Of a stretch of DNA of 64,000 bases, positions 9,692-19,547 are shown in pieces. This DNA comes from an uncultured Pseudoflavonifractor sp. (GTDB lineage: Bacteria; Bacillota; Clostridia; Oscillospirales; Oscillospiraceae). The notes beneath the pieces are model-generated. The model was not told the origin of the DNA, did not search any database, and saw only the letters and a list, made by a program, of their open reading frames with translations. The stretch's first letter is position 1. Each line of letters opens with the position of its first letter. A program made the translations under genes and the position numbers. Location: contig CAZDDZ010000005.1 in NCBI GenBank assembly GCA_964504285.1, forward strand, positions 1,084 to 65,083. Reading direction: 5' to 3'.

Positions 9692-9864
9692 TGCCTGACG
9701 ATAGAGTACACTATTTAAGCAATCTTTTCCATAGACAAAACTTCCAAAGAAAAATACAATTACTTGGATGATGTGACAGAATTCGACTTTTTCCATAGCG
9801 ATCATGGTGGTTTTTGCACAAAACGAGTCGTTTCGAAATAATATGTGGAATTTTTAAATTGTTC

Positions 9865-9873
9865 TGATATAAT
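9865..9873 (+). promoter_or_regulatory. Candidate extended -10 promoter (TGATATAAT) for the GntR gene
   Basis: TGnTATAAT motif about 80 nt upstream of the regulator start. Confidence 0.35.
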
Positions 9874-9904
9874 ATAGTAATACAATCACACATTTGCCAA
9901 CTGC

Positions 9905-9923
9905 TGTAAGGATTATCCTTACA
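9905..9923. promoter_or_regulatory. 19-bp perfect palindrome (candidate autoregulatory operator or leader hairpin)
   Basis: tgtaaggat-t-atccttaca lies just upstream of the GntR RBS. Confidence 0.35.
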
Positions 9924-9950
9924 ATGGGTTGATGCAAGGAGATGTATCGT

Positions 9951-10646
9951 ATGGAAGCAATTGAGAAAGTGTCTGCTGTACAACAGGTGGAAAACAGCAT
10001 TAGGTCTTATTTAATGAGCGAAAGTGTGTCGGTAGGGGATAAGCTGCCGACAGAAAAACAACTTTGCGAAAATCTTCTTGTAGGCCGCGGAACGGTGCGA
10101 GAGGCAATTCGCTTGCTCCAAGCAAAGGGGTTTGTGGAAATTCGTCCCGGCAGAGGTGCGTTTGTGCTGCGGAAAAAGGAGCCGGAGCGGGAGAATATTG
10201 CAAACTGGTTTCGAAAGAATGAAATTGAAATTAAGGATTTAATTGATGTTCGTGCAGCCATTGAGCCGCTTGCAGTAAAGCTGGCCATTGAAAAGGCCAC
10301 CGAGGAAGAAATTTACCAGCTCTGTGAAATTCAGACCCAGTCGGAACTGGCGGCTGAAAAAAACGATGCGCAGGCGTTGGCTATTTGCGATGAAAAGTTT
10401 CATTCCCGTATTATGGAGTATAGCCGTAATAAAATTCTTATGGATATCAATAAAAAGATTATCGGTAATTTAGCAACATTCCGTGGAGTTACCTTTAATA
10501 TTCAAAAAAATGTGGATAATTTTGTGCCGGCACACGCAGCTATTATTGAAGCATTTAAGCGCCGGGATGTGCTATTGGGACAAAAAAGCATGTCTGCCCA
10601 CCTAGACTGCGTCTATGTCGACCTAGAGCGAAGCAAGGACATTTAG
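9951..10646 (+). CDS. GntR-family transcriptional regulator, FadR subfamily (FCD C-terminal domain)
   Basis: wHTH LPTEKQLCENLLVGRGTVREAIRLLQAKGFVEIRPGRGAFV. ATG 9951 is preferred (AAGGAG 9 nt upstream); the ORF track starts at 9942. Confidence 0.85.
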   Translation: MEAIEKVSAVQQVENSIRSYLMSESVSVGDKLPTEKQLCENLLVGRGTVREAIRLLQAKGFVEIRPGRGAFVLRKKEPERENIANWFRKNEIEIKDLIDVRAAIEPLAVKLAIEKATEEEIYQLCEIQTQSELAAEKNDAQALAICDEKFHSRIMEYSRNKILMDINKKIIGNLATFRGVTFNIQKNVDNFVPAHAAIIEAFKRRDVLLGQKSMSAHLDCVYVDLERSKDI

Positions 10647-10808
10647 ATAGTGTTGACACGAGCGCTTGACCACCATCTTTTGGCAGTTTTCTCGCCTGCC
10701 AGCGTTAAAAATTTTTGCATTCCACCAAGGAGTGCTGCAAATTTTTGCCTTGTCAGGCAAAAAAACTGCTCAAAATCTGGCCATCTCAACTCATGTCAAC
10801 ACTATCTA
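10644..10808. mobile_element. Family-A MITE-like repeat, copy 1 (165 bp, about 20-bp terminal inverted repeats)
   Basis: The element runs from tagatagtgttgacacgag to ctcatgtcaacactatcta. It is near-identical to 43115-43279. Its first TAG is the GntR stop codon. Confidence 0.75.
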
Positions 10809-10966
10809 GAGCATTCCTGAAAAATACCAAAATGCCTATGAACTTATCTTTTCCTGTCAGGGCAGCGCCAATTTTCCTTGCTATACGTCAGTATAGCTGC
10901 AAAAAATCGACTTGTCCTACGAGAAAATTTTGCGTTTCTGTGTATTCCGCTACTTTCTAGAAACAC
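10807..10966. mobile_element. Family-B MITE-like repeat, diverged copy abutting the family-A element
   Basis: Starts tagagcattcctgaaaaata and shares the ...gcgccaattttccttgc.atacgtcagtat.gctgcaaaaaatc... core. The right end is degraded (tactttctagaaac). It shares the TA at 10807-10808 with element A. Confidence 0.7.
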
Positions 10967-10981
10967 TTTTATTTTGATATT

Positions 10982-11041
10982 AAAAAAGCAGAGACCGAGT
11001 TTTGTGCCTTTTTAAGGCTGACAAACGGTCTCTGCTTTTTT
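10982..11041. terminator. Bidirectional intrinsic terminator
   Basis: aaaaaagcagagaccg ... cggtctctgctttttt; 10-bp GC-rich stem flanked by an A-run and a T-run, downstream of glgP. Confidence 0.75.
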
Positions 11042-11046
11042 AATAA

Positions 11047-13482
11047 TTAAATTTTCCTGGGTGGGACATTCCAAATTTCCTTGGCGTAGTCACGGATGGA
11101 GCGGTCGGCGGCAAAGATGCCGCTGCGGGCGATGTTGAGGAGGGACATACGGTTCCAGGCCTCGCGGTCGAGATAGGTCTGTCCGGCCAGAGCCTGGGCA
11201 TTCTTGTAGCTTTCAAAATCGGCCAGCAGGAGGTACTCGTCGGCCATGCCGCCACCGCCAAAGAGAAGGCGGTTTGTAAGGTCGGAGTAGCTCACCCCAT
11301 CGGAAAAGCCCCTGTTAATCTGATCCAGCACGGCCTTGAGGTCGGCGGAATGGTTATAATATTCATAGGCGCGGTAGCCCCTCTGCTTAAGCTCGGAGAC
11401 CTCGTGAGCCTTCAGGCCGAACAGGAACATATTCTCGTCCCCCAGCACCTGGTGCATTTCAACGTTGGCTCCATCCAGGGTGCCGATGGTAAGGGCGCCA
11501 TTCATCATAAACTTCATGTTCCCGGTGCCGGACGCCTCCTTTCCGGCGGTGGAAATCTGCTCGGAGAGCTCGCTGGCGGGAATGAGCCGCTCGGCAAGGC
11601 TCACCCGGTAATTTTCTAAAAATACCACCTGAAGCCGATCCTTACAGGCGGGGTCGGAATTGACGGTATGAGCCAGGGAATTAATCAGGTGAATAATCTG
11701 CTTGGCCACGGTGTACCCGGGCGCTGCCTTAGCGCCAAAGAGATACACTCGGGGGGTAAACGTAAAGTGTGAGTCATTTTTCAGGTGCTGGTAAAGGTAG
11801 ATGATGTGCATGACATTTAAAAGCTGGCGCTTGTACTCGTGCAAGCGCTTGACCTGCACATCAAACATGGCGTCGGTGTTGAGCAAAATTCCGCTCTCGC
11901 GGGCGATGTAGGCGGCAAAATCCCGCTTGTTTTCCGCCTTGATTCGTTCCAGCCGGGCGAGGACGCCAGCGTCATCCTGTGCTTTTTCCAGCTTTTTAAG
12001 GGTGTCCGGCTTTAAAAGATAGTCGCTTCCGCCGGTGCAGTCCCGAATGAGGGCATCCAGCTTGGGGTTGGATTCGGAGAGCCAGCGGCGGTGGTCAATG
12101 CCGTTGGTGACATTTTTAAATTTGTCGGGAGCCAGGGAGCAGGTGTCTTTAAAAACATCCTTTTTCAAAATATCCGAGTGGAGTGCCGACACACCGTTTA
12201 CGGCAAAACAGGCGCAGATGCAAAGATTTGCCATGCGCACATCGCCGCCCCAGATAATGGCGTTACGCTCCACGCGGGACATGTCGCCGTGAAACGCGTT
12301 GCCCAAATACTCCTGATAGCGGTTTGAAATTTCCACAATGATTTCCCAGATGCGGGGGAGCAGTACCTGCACCAGTTGCTGCGGCCAGCGCTCCAGCGCC
12401 TCGGCCAGCACCGTGTGGTTGGTGTAGGCCACCGTATGGGTGACAATGTGCCATGCCTCGTCCCAGCCGTAGCCCTCCTCGTCTAGGAGAATCCGCATTA
12501 GCTCCGGAATGACCAGAGTGGGATGGGTGTCGTTAATTTGTATGACGTGCTTTTGATGGAAGTTGCGCAGGGTGCCGTACTGGGCTTTGTGCCCCCGGCA
12601 AATGGACTGTGCGGTGGCCGAGACAAAGAAATACTGCTGCTTGAGACGCAGACTTTTGCCCTCGTAATGGTTGTCGTCGGGGTAGAGCACCTTGGCGATA
12701 ACCTCGGCCATGGCCTGCTGCTCCACTGCCTTGAGGTACTGGCCGGTGGAGTAGAGGGACATGTCCACGGGTACCGGGCTTTTGGCGTCCCAAAGGCGGA
12801 GGGAGTTGACGTGGTCGGTGCCGTAACCGGAAATTTGCATATCCTTGGGGATGGCCAGCACATCGGTGCCTCCCTCATAGTCCACCCGGTGGCGCCCCTG
12901 GTCGTCCCAGCTCTCTTTTAAGGTGCCGCCAAAGTGTACCACCTCGGTTTCGTCCACCTTGGGAATCAGCCACGCGTCGCCCAGACCCAGCCAGTTGTCG
13001 GCCAGCTCTACCTGCTGCCCGTCTACAATTTTTTGCTTAAAAATTCCCAGCTCATAGCAGATGGAATAGCCGGTGGCGGGCAGCTCCAGGGTGGTCATGG
13101 AGTCCAGATAGCAGGCGGCCAGACGGCCCAGACCGCCGTTACCAAGACCGGCGTCCGGCTCGGTTTCAAAGAGGTCGCGGGGGTCGCAGCCCAGGGCGCG
13201 AATGGCCTCGGAAAGTGGCTCCAGCACGCCCAAATTGTAAGCGTTTTTCATGAGGGAACGACCCATGAGAAATTCCAGGGACAGATAGTGCACCTGTCGT
13301 CTGTGCTCGTCCCGCACCTTGTCCTCGGTCTCCAGCCGGTGGGTAGCCATAATGTCACGCAGTACCAAGGCGCAGGCCTTAAAAATTTGCTGGGGAGTGG
13401 CCTCATCGGCCTCCCGGCCGAAATTGCGGCTGAGCTTGCCGGTAATTTGCTTCAAAAGTTCCTTCTTTGTATATGTAGCCAT
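11047..13482 (-). CDS. glgP: Glycogen/maltodextrin phosphorylase (GT35)
   Basis: 811 aa; PLP-lysine region EASGTGNMKFMMNGALTIGTLDGANVE. Confidence 0.95.
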   Translation of the reverse strand: MATYTKKELLKQITGKLSRNFGREADEATPQQIFKACALVLRDIMATHRLETEDKVRDEHRRQVHYLSLEFLMGRSLMKNAYNLGVLEPLSEAIRALGCDPRDLFETEPDAGLGNGGLGRLAACYLDSMTTLELPATGYSICYELGIFKQKIVDGQQVELADNWLGLGDAWLIPKVDETEVVHFGGTLKESWDDQGRHRVDYEGGTDVLAIPKDMQISGYGTDHVNSLRLWDAKSPVPVDMSLYSTGQYLKAVEQQAMAEVIAKVLYPDDNHYEGKSLRLKQQYFFVSATAQSICRGHKAQYGTLRNFHQKHVIQINDTHPTLVIPELMRILLDEEGYGWDEAWHIVTHTVAYTNHTVLAEALERWPQQLVQVLLPRIWEIIVEISNRYQEYLGNAFHGDMSRVERNAIIWGGDVRMANLCICACFAVNGVSALHSDILKKDVFKDTCSLAPDKFKNVTNGIDHRRWLSESNPKLDALIRDCTGGSDYLLKPDTLKKLEKAQDDAGVLARLERIKAENKRDFAAYIARESGILLNTDAMFDVQVKRLHEYKRQLLNVMHIIYLYQHLKNDSHFTFTPRVYLFGAKAAPGYTVAKQIIHLINSLAHTVNSDPACKDRLQVVFLENYRVSLAERLIPASELSEQISTAGKEASGTGNMKFMMNGALTIGTLDGANVEMHQVLGDENMFLFGLKAHEVSELKQRGYRAYEYYNHSADLKAVLDQINRGFSDGVSYSDLTNRLLFGGGGMADEYLLLADFESYKNAQALAGQTYLDREAWNRMSLLNIARSGIFAADRSIRDYAKEIWNVPPRKI

Positions 13483-13501
13483 AAGTGATATGTCTCCTAA
13501 C

Positions 13502-13529
13502 TAGAGCGCTACTTTTCAGAAACGCTTTA
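13502..13529. repeat. 28-bp mini-derivative or footprint of family-B (left 7 nt joined to right 21 nt of the element ends)
   Basis: The sequence is tagagcg followed directly by ctacttttcagaaacgcttta. Confidence 0.55.
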
Positions 13530-13544
13530 AAACAGATAAGATAC

Positions 13545-13603
13545 GGCGGGAGTAAGCGCCCGCCCTACTTTGAATTCCCGTAGGGCGGGGGTGTACTCCC
13601 GCC
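13545..13603. other. Long GC-rich hairpin between glgA and glgP (possible partial terminator, processing site or REP-like element)
   Basis: ggcgggagta-agcg-cccgccctac pairs with gtagggcggg-ggtg-tactcccgcc, giving two 10-bp helices with a 4x4 internal loop. No adjacent U-run. Confidence 0.5.
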
Positions 13604-13650
13604 GGAAAATGCCAGATAGGTTTTTAAAATGCGCCGTTGCTATCACGTTG

Positions 13651-15087
13651 TTATTTTCCTGTTAACCAGCCGTATATCTCCAAATATTCCTCCGCTGACT
13701 TGCCCCAGGAAAAGTCGGCGGTCATACCCGATTTCATGAGGCCTTTCCATGCCTTTTTATTGCTGTGGTAGAGCTCCACAGCCTCACGAATGGCCCATAC
13801 CAAGTCGTTTACCGTGATGTTGGCAAAGGTAAAGCCCCGACCCTCACCGGTGTACTGGTTGTAGGGGCTAACGCTGTCCCGCAGACCGCCGGTTTCCCGT
13901 ACTACGGGCACGGTGCCGTACCGCATGGAAATCATCTGGCTCAGACCGCAGGGCTCGGCCTCGCTGGGCATGAGGAAGATGTCTGCGCCGCCGTAAATGG
14001 CGGTGGAGAGTGCCCCGGAGTACATCATATGCGCCGCGAACCGACCGGGGTACTGACCACCCGCGTGGCGGAAGGCCTCCTCGTAGTTCCAGTCGCCGGT
14101 ACCCAGCACCACCATCTGCACATCCATGTCCATAATCTGCCCCAGCGCGTCCTTCACCAGATCAAAGCCCTTGTGCTTCACCAGCCGGGAGACACAGGCA
14201 ATGATGGGCACGTCGGGGGTTTGATTCAGGCCCGAGGCAGTCTGGAGAGCCGCCTTACAGGCCTTTTTGCCTGCAAGCTTATCCCAGGAGAAATTTTTGG
14301 CAAGCCCCTGATCCGTGGCCGGGTCGTAAAGCGCCGCGTCAATGCCGTTTAAAATGCCCCGTATTTTACCCCGATTGTCGGCAATCACGCCCTCCAGACC
14401 GTGAGCGTAGAAGGGGTATTGCAGCTCGGTAGCGTAGGAGGGGGAGACGGTGGTTACATAGTCGGCGGCATAAATGGCGCCCTTCATCAGGTTGACATCC
14501 CCGTGATAGGAGAGCATATGCTCGTTAAAGTACCCCTCGTTCAGGCCGAACAAATCCTTGAGGGTCTGACTGCCGTAGCGCCCCTGATACTCAATGTTGT
14601 GAATGGTAAAGACACTCTTGGCTCCGGCAAGCTGACTGATACGGTGGCGCTCCTCCAAGAGGTAAATGGGCACCAGGGCGGTCTGCCAGTCGTTGCAGTG
14701 AAGTATATCTATCTGGAAGTCCAGGTACCCCGCGCCCTCCACCACGGCGCGGGAAAAGAAGGCAAACCGTTCGCCGTCATCATAGTGACCGTAAATTTGA
14801 CTGCGCTTAAAGTAGTATTCGTTATCCACAAAGTAGTAAGTCACGCCGTCCTTTTTTAGCTCAAACAGGCCGCAGTAGGGGGTGCGCCAGGCCAGGGTGA
14901 CGTTAAAGTTCAGTAGGTACGTCATCTGCTCCCGCCAAGATTGAGCAATGCCCTCGTAAAGCGGTAAAATCACCCGCACGTCGTGACCTTGTGCCGCCAG
15001 TGCCTGGGGTAAGCTACCCGCCACATCGGCCAAACCGCCGGTTTTAATAAAAGGAGCTACCTCGGATGAGGCAAATAGGATGTTCAT
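13651..15087 (-). CDS. glgA: Glycogen synthase (ADP-glucose type, GT5)
   Basis: N-terminal KTGGLADVAGSLPQAL motif; 478 aa. Confidence 0.95.
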   Translation of the reverse strand: MNILFASSEVAPFIKTGGLADVAGSLPQALAAQGHDVRVILPLYEGIAQSWREQMTYLLNFNVTLAWRTPYCGLFELKKDGVTYYFVDNEYYFKRSQIYGHYDDGERFAFFSRAVVEGAGYLDFQIDILHCNDWQTALVPIYLLEERHRISQLAGAKSVFTIHNIEYQGRYGSQTLKDLFGLNEGYFNEHMLSYHGDVNLMKGAIYAADYVTTVSPSYATELQYPFYAHGLEGVIADNRGKIRGILNGIDAALYDPATDQGLAKNFSWDKLAGKKACKAALQTASGLNQTPDVPIIACVSRLVKHKGFDLVKDALGQIMDMDVQMVVLGTGDWNYEEAFRHAGGQYPGRFAAHMMYSGALSTAIYGGADIFLMPSEAEPCGLSQMISMRYGTVPVVRETGGLRDSVSPYNQYTGEGRGFTFANITVNDLVWAIREAVELYHSNKKAWKGLMKSGMTADFSWGKSAEEYLEIYGWLTGK

Positions 15088-15102
15088 AGGCTACCTCCAA
15101 TT

Positions 15103-16221
15103 TTAAACGGTTTCATTCTTTGCAATGGCCAGCGGATAGGTCTCATGGCCCATGAGCATCCGTCCCGGGTTGACACGAACGTTCTTGTCGGTGATGGTGT
15201 ACTTGAGCACCGCTCCCTGCTGGACGGTGGTGCCCTGCATGAGAATGCAGTTTTCCACCTTGGCGCCTGCTTCTACCGTAACACCACGGAAGAGAATGGA
15301 ATTAACAACCTCGCCCTCAATGACGCAGCCATCCGCCACCAGGGAGTTGACGCTCCGGCTGTCGGCGCCGTAGTAGGTGGAGGGATTGGACTGATCCTTG
15401 GTTTTTACCGGTCGCTCCGGTACAAACAGGGCCGAGCGAACGGCGGGATTTAATAGCTCCATGCTCCGGGCGTAGTACCCCGCCACCGATTGAAGCCGGG
15501 CGGCGTAGCCGTCAAAAAGGAAGGGCACAATTTTCAGGGAGTGCACCATAGAGAGGAGAACCCCCTCGCTAAAGGAGTGAACATTGTGGGCGGCACAGTG
15601 ATCCACCAGCGAAAGGAGGAGGGCCTTCGACATCACATAGACCTCCAGTGACTCGCAGCCCACCGGAGCAAAGGGATTTACTGCCACGTCGGCCACCCGC
15701 CCGTCGGCGCCCAGGGCAAAATAAATGGAGCTTTTGGGGTCGCTTTTGGGCATGCGGGCGCAGACAGCGGTAATATCGGCCCCGCTCTCCAGGTGCTGCT
15801 TATAGACCTCACGAAGGGGTAAATTTACTGCGGTGTCGCCGCCGGCCAGCACCACATAGTCCTGCCGAATATTTTCGATATAGGAGTAAATACCGGCCAG
15901 CGCGTCCATGCGCCCATGATAGACCCCGTCCCGGTTCCGGTTAGAGTAGCCGAAGGGGGGCAGAATGCGCAGACCGCCGTGCTTGCGGGAGAGGTCCCAA
16001 TCCTTGCCCGAGCCTACATGGTCAAGGAGGGACTGATAATTGGCGTGGACAATGACGCCCACATCGCTAATGCTGGCATTGACCATGTTGGAGAGCATGA
16101 AGTCGATGATGCGGTAGCGGCCGCCGTAGGGAATGGAGCAGGTGTTGCGGGAGGCGGAGAGCTCTCGCAGGTCGGGGTTAGAACGGTAGGCAAAGATGAT
16201 GCCGTGCAGCTCGTTCATCAT
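15103..16221 (-). CDS. glgD: Glucose-1-phosphate adenylyltransferase regulatory subunit GlgD
   Basis: GlgC paralogue with [16 protein letters not shown] but no GGxGxRL motif. Its start overlaps the glgC stop. Confidence 0.9.
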   Translation of the reverse strand: MMNELHGIIFAYRSNPDLRELSASRNTCSIPYGGRYRIIDFMLSNMVNASISDVGVIVHANYQSLLDHVGSGKDWDLSRKHGGLRILPPFGYSNRNRDGVYHGRMDALAGIYSYIENIRQDYVVLAGGDTAVNLPLREVYKQHLESGADITAVCARMPKSDPKSSIYFALGADGRVADVAVNPFAPVGCESLEVYVMSKALLLSLVDHCAAHNVHSFSEGVLLSMVHSLKIVPFLFDGYAARLQSVAGYYARSMELLNPAVRSALFVPERPVKTKDQSNPSTYYGADSRSVNSLVADGCVIEGEVVNSILFRGVTVEAGAKVENCILMQGTTVQQGAVLKYTITDKNVRVNPGRMLMGHETYPLAIAKNETV

Positions 16222-17432
16222 TTCTCCTCACCGCCTTTCACATCACGGGTAATCATGGCATTGGCGGGCACGGTGCTGCCCGCGGCGACCTCTACATCCT
16301 GGGCCACTACGGTAATGCCCCAGTCCTCCGCGCCATGGAGCGGCGGCGGTGTGCCCACTGTGGCGCGTTCGCCGATGACGGCGTTTTCCGCCACAATGGC
16401 GTAATCCACCGTGGCTCCGGCCTTGACCACCGTGCCCGGCATCAAAATGGAGTAGTGCACCTTGGCCCCCGGCTCGACGGTAACCGAGTGAAAGAGCACC
16501 GAGTTTTCCACTGTGCCGTGCACCTCGCACCCGCCGGTGACCATGGAGTGGGAAATGCGGGCACTGGGGCCGGTAAAGTGGGGGGGCTTGGTGGGAGTAC
16601 GGGCAAAAATGGGCCAGGAGGTATCATACAAGTCAATGCCGCTGCCGGCAGAGAGCATATCCATATTGGCGTCCCACAGGGAGTTGATGGTGCCTACGTC
16701 CTTCCAGTAGCCGGAGAAGCGGTAGGCACTCATAATTTCCTTGTTTTCCAGCATGGCCGGAATAATATCACCGCCAAAGTCATTGGTGGAATTGGGGTCT
16801 GCCTCGTCGTTTATGAGGTATTCCTTCAGCTTTTGCCAGGTGAAAATGTAGATACCCATGGAGGCCAGGTTGCTCTTAGGCTGCTTGGGTTTTTCCTGGA
16901 ATTCGTAAATCAGATCGTTCTCGTCCACATTCATAATGCCAAAACGGCAGGCCTCGTCCATGGGTACCTCCAGCACCGAAATGGTGCAGGCCGCGCCGGT
17001 AGCCTTGTGGTGGTCTAGCATCAGGTCGTAGTCCATTTTATAGATGTGATCCCCCGAGAGAATGAGCACATAGTCCGGGTCGTAGAGATCCAGAAAGCTG
17101 ATGTTTTGATAAATGGCGTTGGCGGTGCCCTTATACCACGTGCCGTAGGAGCCCTCCCGCACATAGGGGGGCAGAACGTGCACGCCGCCGTCGGAGCGGT
17201 CTAAATCCCAGGGCTGGCCGTTGCCTATGTAAGTGTTTAGTTCCAGCGGCTGATACTGAGTCAGCACACCCACGGTATCAATGCCCGAGTTTATGCAGTT
17301 GGAGAGGGGGAAGTCGATAATCCGGTACTTGCCCCCAAAGGGAACGGCGGGCTTTGCCACGCGGCTTGTCAGCGCATACAGGCGGCTTCCTTGACCGCCC
17401 GCCAAAAGCATGGATACAATTTCCTTTTTCAT
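16218..17432 (-). CDS. glgC: Glucose-1-phosphate adenylyltransferase
   Basis: [37 protein letters not shown]. Confidence 0.95.
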   Translation of the reverse strand: MKKEIVSMLLAGGQGSRLYALTSRVAKPAVPFGGKYRIIDFPLSNCINSGIDTVGVLTQYQPLELNTYIGNGQPWDLDRSDGGVHVLPPYVREGSYGTWYKGTANAIYQNISFLDLYDPDYVLILSGDHIYKMDYDLMLDHHKATGAACTISVLEVPMDEACRFGIMNVDENDLIYEFQEKPKQPKSNLASMGIYIFTWQKLKEYLINDEADPNSTNDFGGDIIPAMLENKEIMSAYRFSGYWKDVGTINSLWDANMDMLSAGSGIDLYDTSWPIFARTPTKPPHFTGPSARISHSMVTGGCEVHGTVENSVLFHSVTVEPGAKVHYSILMPGTVVKAGATVDYAIVAENAVIGERATVGTPPPLHGAEDWGITVVAQDVEVAAGSTVPANAMITRDVKGGEEK

Positions 17433-17452
17433 TCTAACAACACACCTTTGCC

Positions 17453-19408
17453 TTAGGTTTTCTTCGCCGGAGTAAGCTTTTTCTTGGGAAGTGGCTTCTT
17501 TTTTACGCAGCGGTATACCACGCAGCTCATGGGGGGCAGGTCAATGACCAGAGACTGGTCAAAGCCGTGGCTGGGGGTTGCATCGGTTAAAATATCCGTC
17601 TGATCCCCAAGCCCGCTGCCGCCGAAAGCCACGTCATCGGCGTTAAAGATGCAGCGGTACGTTCCGTGCAGGGGCGCGCCCAGGCGGTAATGGGAGTGGT
17701 GGATGGGAGAAAAGTTGCAGGCAATCAGCAGGGGATTGCCCTTCTTATCCTTGCGGAGGAAAGCGGCGCAGTTATTTTGGTTATCGTCGGCACAGACCCA
17801 CTGAAAGCCCTCCCAGGAAAAGTCCAGCTCCCACAGCTCCTTCCGTTCCAGATAGAAGGCGTTGGCCGCCTTAAAAAATGCCTGGAGCTGCTGGTTTTCC
17901 TTGTTTTCTAAAAGGTGCCAGTCTAGGGACTGCTCAAAGTGCCACTCGTTCCACTGGCCGAACTCGCTGCCCATCATCAAAAGCTTTTTGCCCGGATGGG
18001 TCAGCATATAGGTGTAAAAGGCACGCACGCCGGCAAACTGTTCCTCATAAGTGCCGGGTATTTTATTCAGGAAGGAGCCCTTCATATGCACGACCTCGTC
18101 ATGGGAGAGGGGGAGAATAAAATTTTCCGAAAAGGCGTACATAAAGGAGAAGGTAATGTCCTTGTGGTTGTGCTGCCGGAAGTAGGGGTCCAGCTTCATG
18201 TAGTGGACAATGTCGTTCATCCAGCCCATGTTCCACTTGAGGTTAAAGCCCAGGCCGCCCTGATCTACGGGGTGGGTGACCAGCGGCCAGGAGGTGGACT
18301 CCTCGGCAATCATCAGCACATCGGGATGATGTCCAAAGACGATGGTATTAAGTGTTTTAAGGAAGTCGATGGCTTCCAGGTTTTCATTGCCGCCGTAAAT
18401 ATTTGGCATCCACGCCCCGTCCTGGCGGCTGTAATCTAAGTAGAGCATACTGGCCACCGCGTCTACCCGCAGGCCGTCAATGTGGTACTCCTCCAGCCAG
18501 AACATGGCTGAGGAAAAAAGGAAAGAGCGAACCTCGTTTCTGCCGTAGTCAAACACGCGGGTGCCCCAATCGGCGTGCTCTCCCTTGCGGGGGTCGGCAT
18601 ACTCGTAGCAGGGCTCACCGTCAAATTCGTACAGGCCGAAGGCGTCCTTGGGAAAGTGGGCGGGCACCCAGTCCAGAATGACCCCCACCCCCGCCCTGTG
18701 GAGCTGGTCGATGAGATACATAAGGTCGTGGGGGGTGCCAAAACGGCTGGTGGCGGCAAAATAGCCGGTGCACTGGTAGCCCCAGGAGTCGTCCAGCGGA
18801 TGCTCGGTAATGGGCATCAGCTCCACATGGGTAAAGCCCATTTCTTTTACATAGGGGACAAGCCATGCGGCCATATCCCGGTAGCTTAAAAATTCCCCCT
18901 CGCCTGTGCGCCGCCAGGAGCCTAAATGCACCTCGTAAATATTCAGGGGCTTTTCGTAAATGGGATTCTCTCTCCGCCACTTGAGCCAAGAGGAATCCCC
19001 CCAAGGATAACCGGACATGTCATAAAGCTTAGATGCGTTGCCCGGTCTTGTTTCGGCATGGAAGGCAAAGGGGTCGGATTTAGCAAGGACGCGGCCGTCC
19101 TTGGTGTGTACGGCGTATTTGTAGGTAGTGTACTGCCCCAGCTCTGGAAGAAAAAGCTCCCAAAGGCCGCCATCCACGGACTTCATGGGGCAGGCAGTCT
19201 CACTCCAGCCGTTAAAATCACCCATGATCGAAACTGCCGCCGCGTGGGGGGCCCAAACACGAAATTGATAGCCCATAGTGCCGTCCATGCTAACCAGATG
19301 CGCACCCAAGTGCTCATAGGCACGGGGGTCATTTCCCCGGAGAAAATTGTCTGTGGGACTGTCCTCGGTGCTGGTACTGAGGCTTGAGGACCGCTTTAGT
19401 GTGGACAT
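17453..19408 (-). CDS. glgB: 1,4-alpha-glucan branching enzyme (GH13)
   Basis: GH13 conserved regions [24 protein letters not shown] and MIAEEST. Confidence 0.95.
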   Translation of the reverse strand: MSTLKRSSSLSTSTEDSPTDNFLRGNDPRAYEHLGAHLVSMDGTMGYQFRVWAPHAAAVSIMGDFNGWSETACPMKSVDGGLWELFLPELGQYTTYKYAVHTKDGRVLAKSDPFAFHAETRPGNASKLYDMSGYPWGDSSWLKWRRENPIYEKPLNIYEVHLGSWRRTGEGEFLSYRDMAAWLVPYVKEMGFTHVELMPITEHPLDDSWGYQCTGYFAATSRFGTPHDLMYLIDQLHRAGVGVILDWVPAHFPKDAFGLYEFDGEPCYEYADPRKGEHADWGTRVFDYGRNEVRSFLFSSAMFWLEEYHIDGLRVDAVASMLYLDYSRQDGAWMPNIYGGNENLEAIDFLKTLNTIVFGHHPDVLMIAEESTSWPLVTHPVDQGGLGFNLKWNMGWMNDIVHYMKLDPYFRQHNHKDITFSFMYAFSENFILPLSHDEVVHMKGSFLNKIPGTYEEQFAGVRAFYTYMLTHPGKKLLMMGSEFGQWNEWHFEQSLDWHLLENKENQQLQAFFKAANAFYLERKELWELDFSWEGFQWVCADDNQNNCAAFLRKDKKGNPLLIACNFSPIHHSHYRLGAPLHGTYRCIFNADDVAFGGSGLGDQTDILTDATPSHGFDQSLVIDLPPMSCVVYRCVKKKPLPKKKLTPAKKT

Positions 19409-19518
19409 GGAAGCACCTCCAAAACAATTGGTAAAAATTACTAAAAATCAAAAACAATCAGAATCGCTCTTGTCAAAATGACACAAAGAGCTTATTTAAA
19501 GAGTAACTATTTGTGTAA

Positions 19519-19547
19519 ATTATACAACTTTAACGGGGGCCAGTCAA
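19519..19547 (-). promoter_or_regulatory. Near-consensus sigma-A-type promoter of the glg operon
   Basis: On the minus strand, TTGACT is followed by a 17-nt spacer and TATAAT, about 110 nt upstream of the glgB start. Confidence 0.7.

Noticed and set aside
10715-10960. ORFs of 70-230 aa running through MITE copies (10715-10960, 21101-21781, 21437-21847, 42426-42779, 42576-42773, 49313-49783, 49605-49823)
   Set aside because: Indels between copies shift the frame, so no reading frame is conserved across the family. The ORFs lack RBSs and fuse repeat sequence to flanking non-coding DNA.
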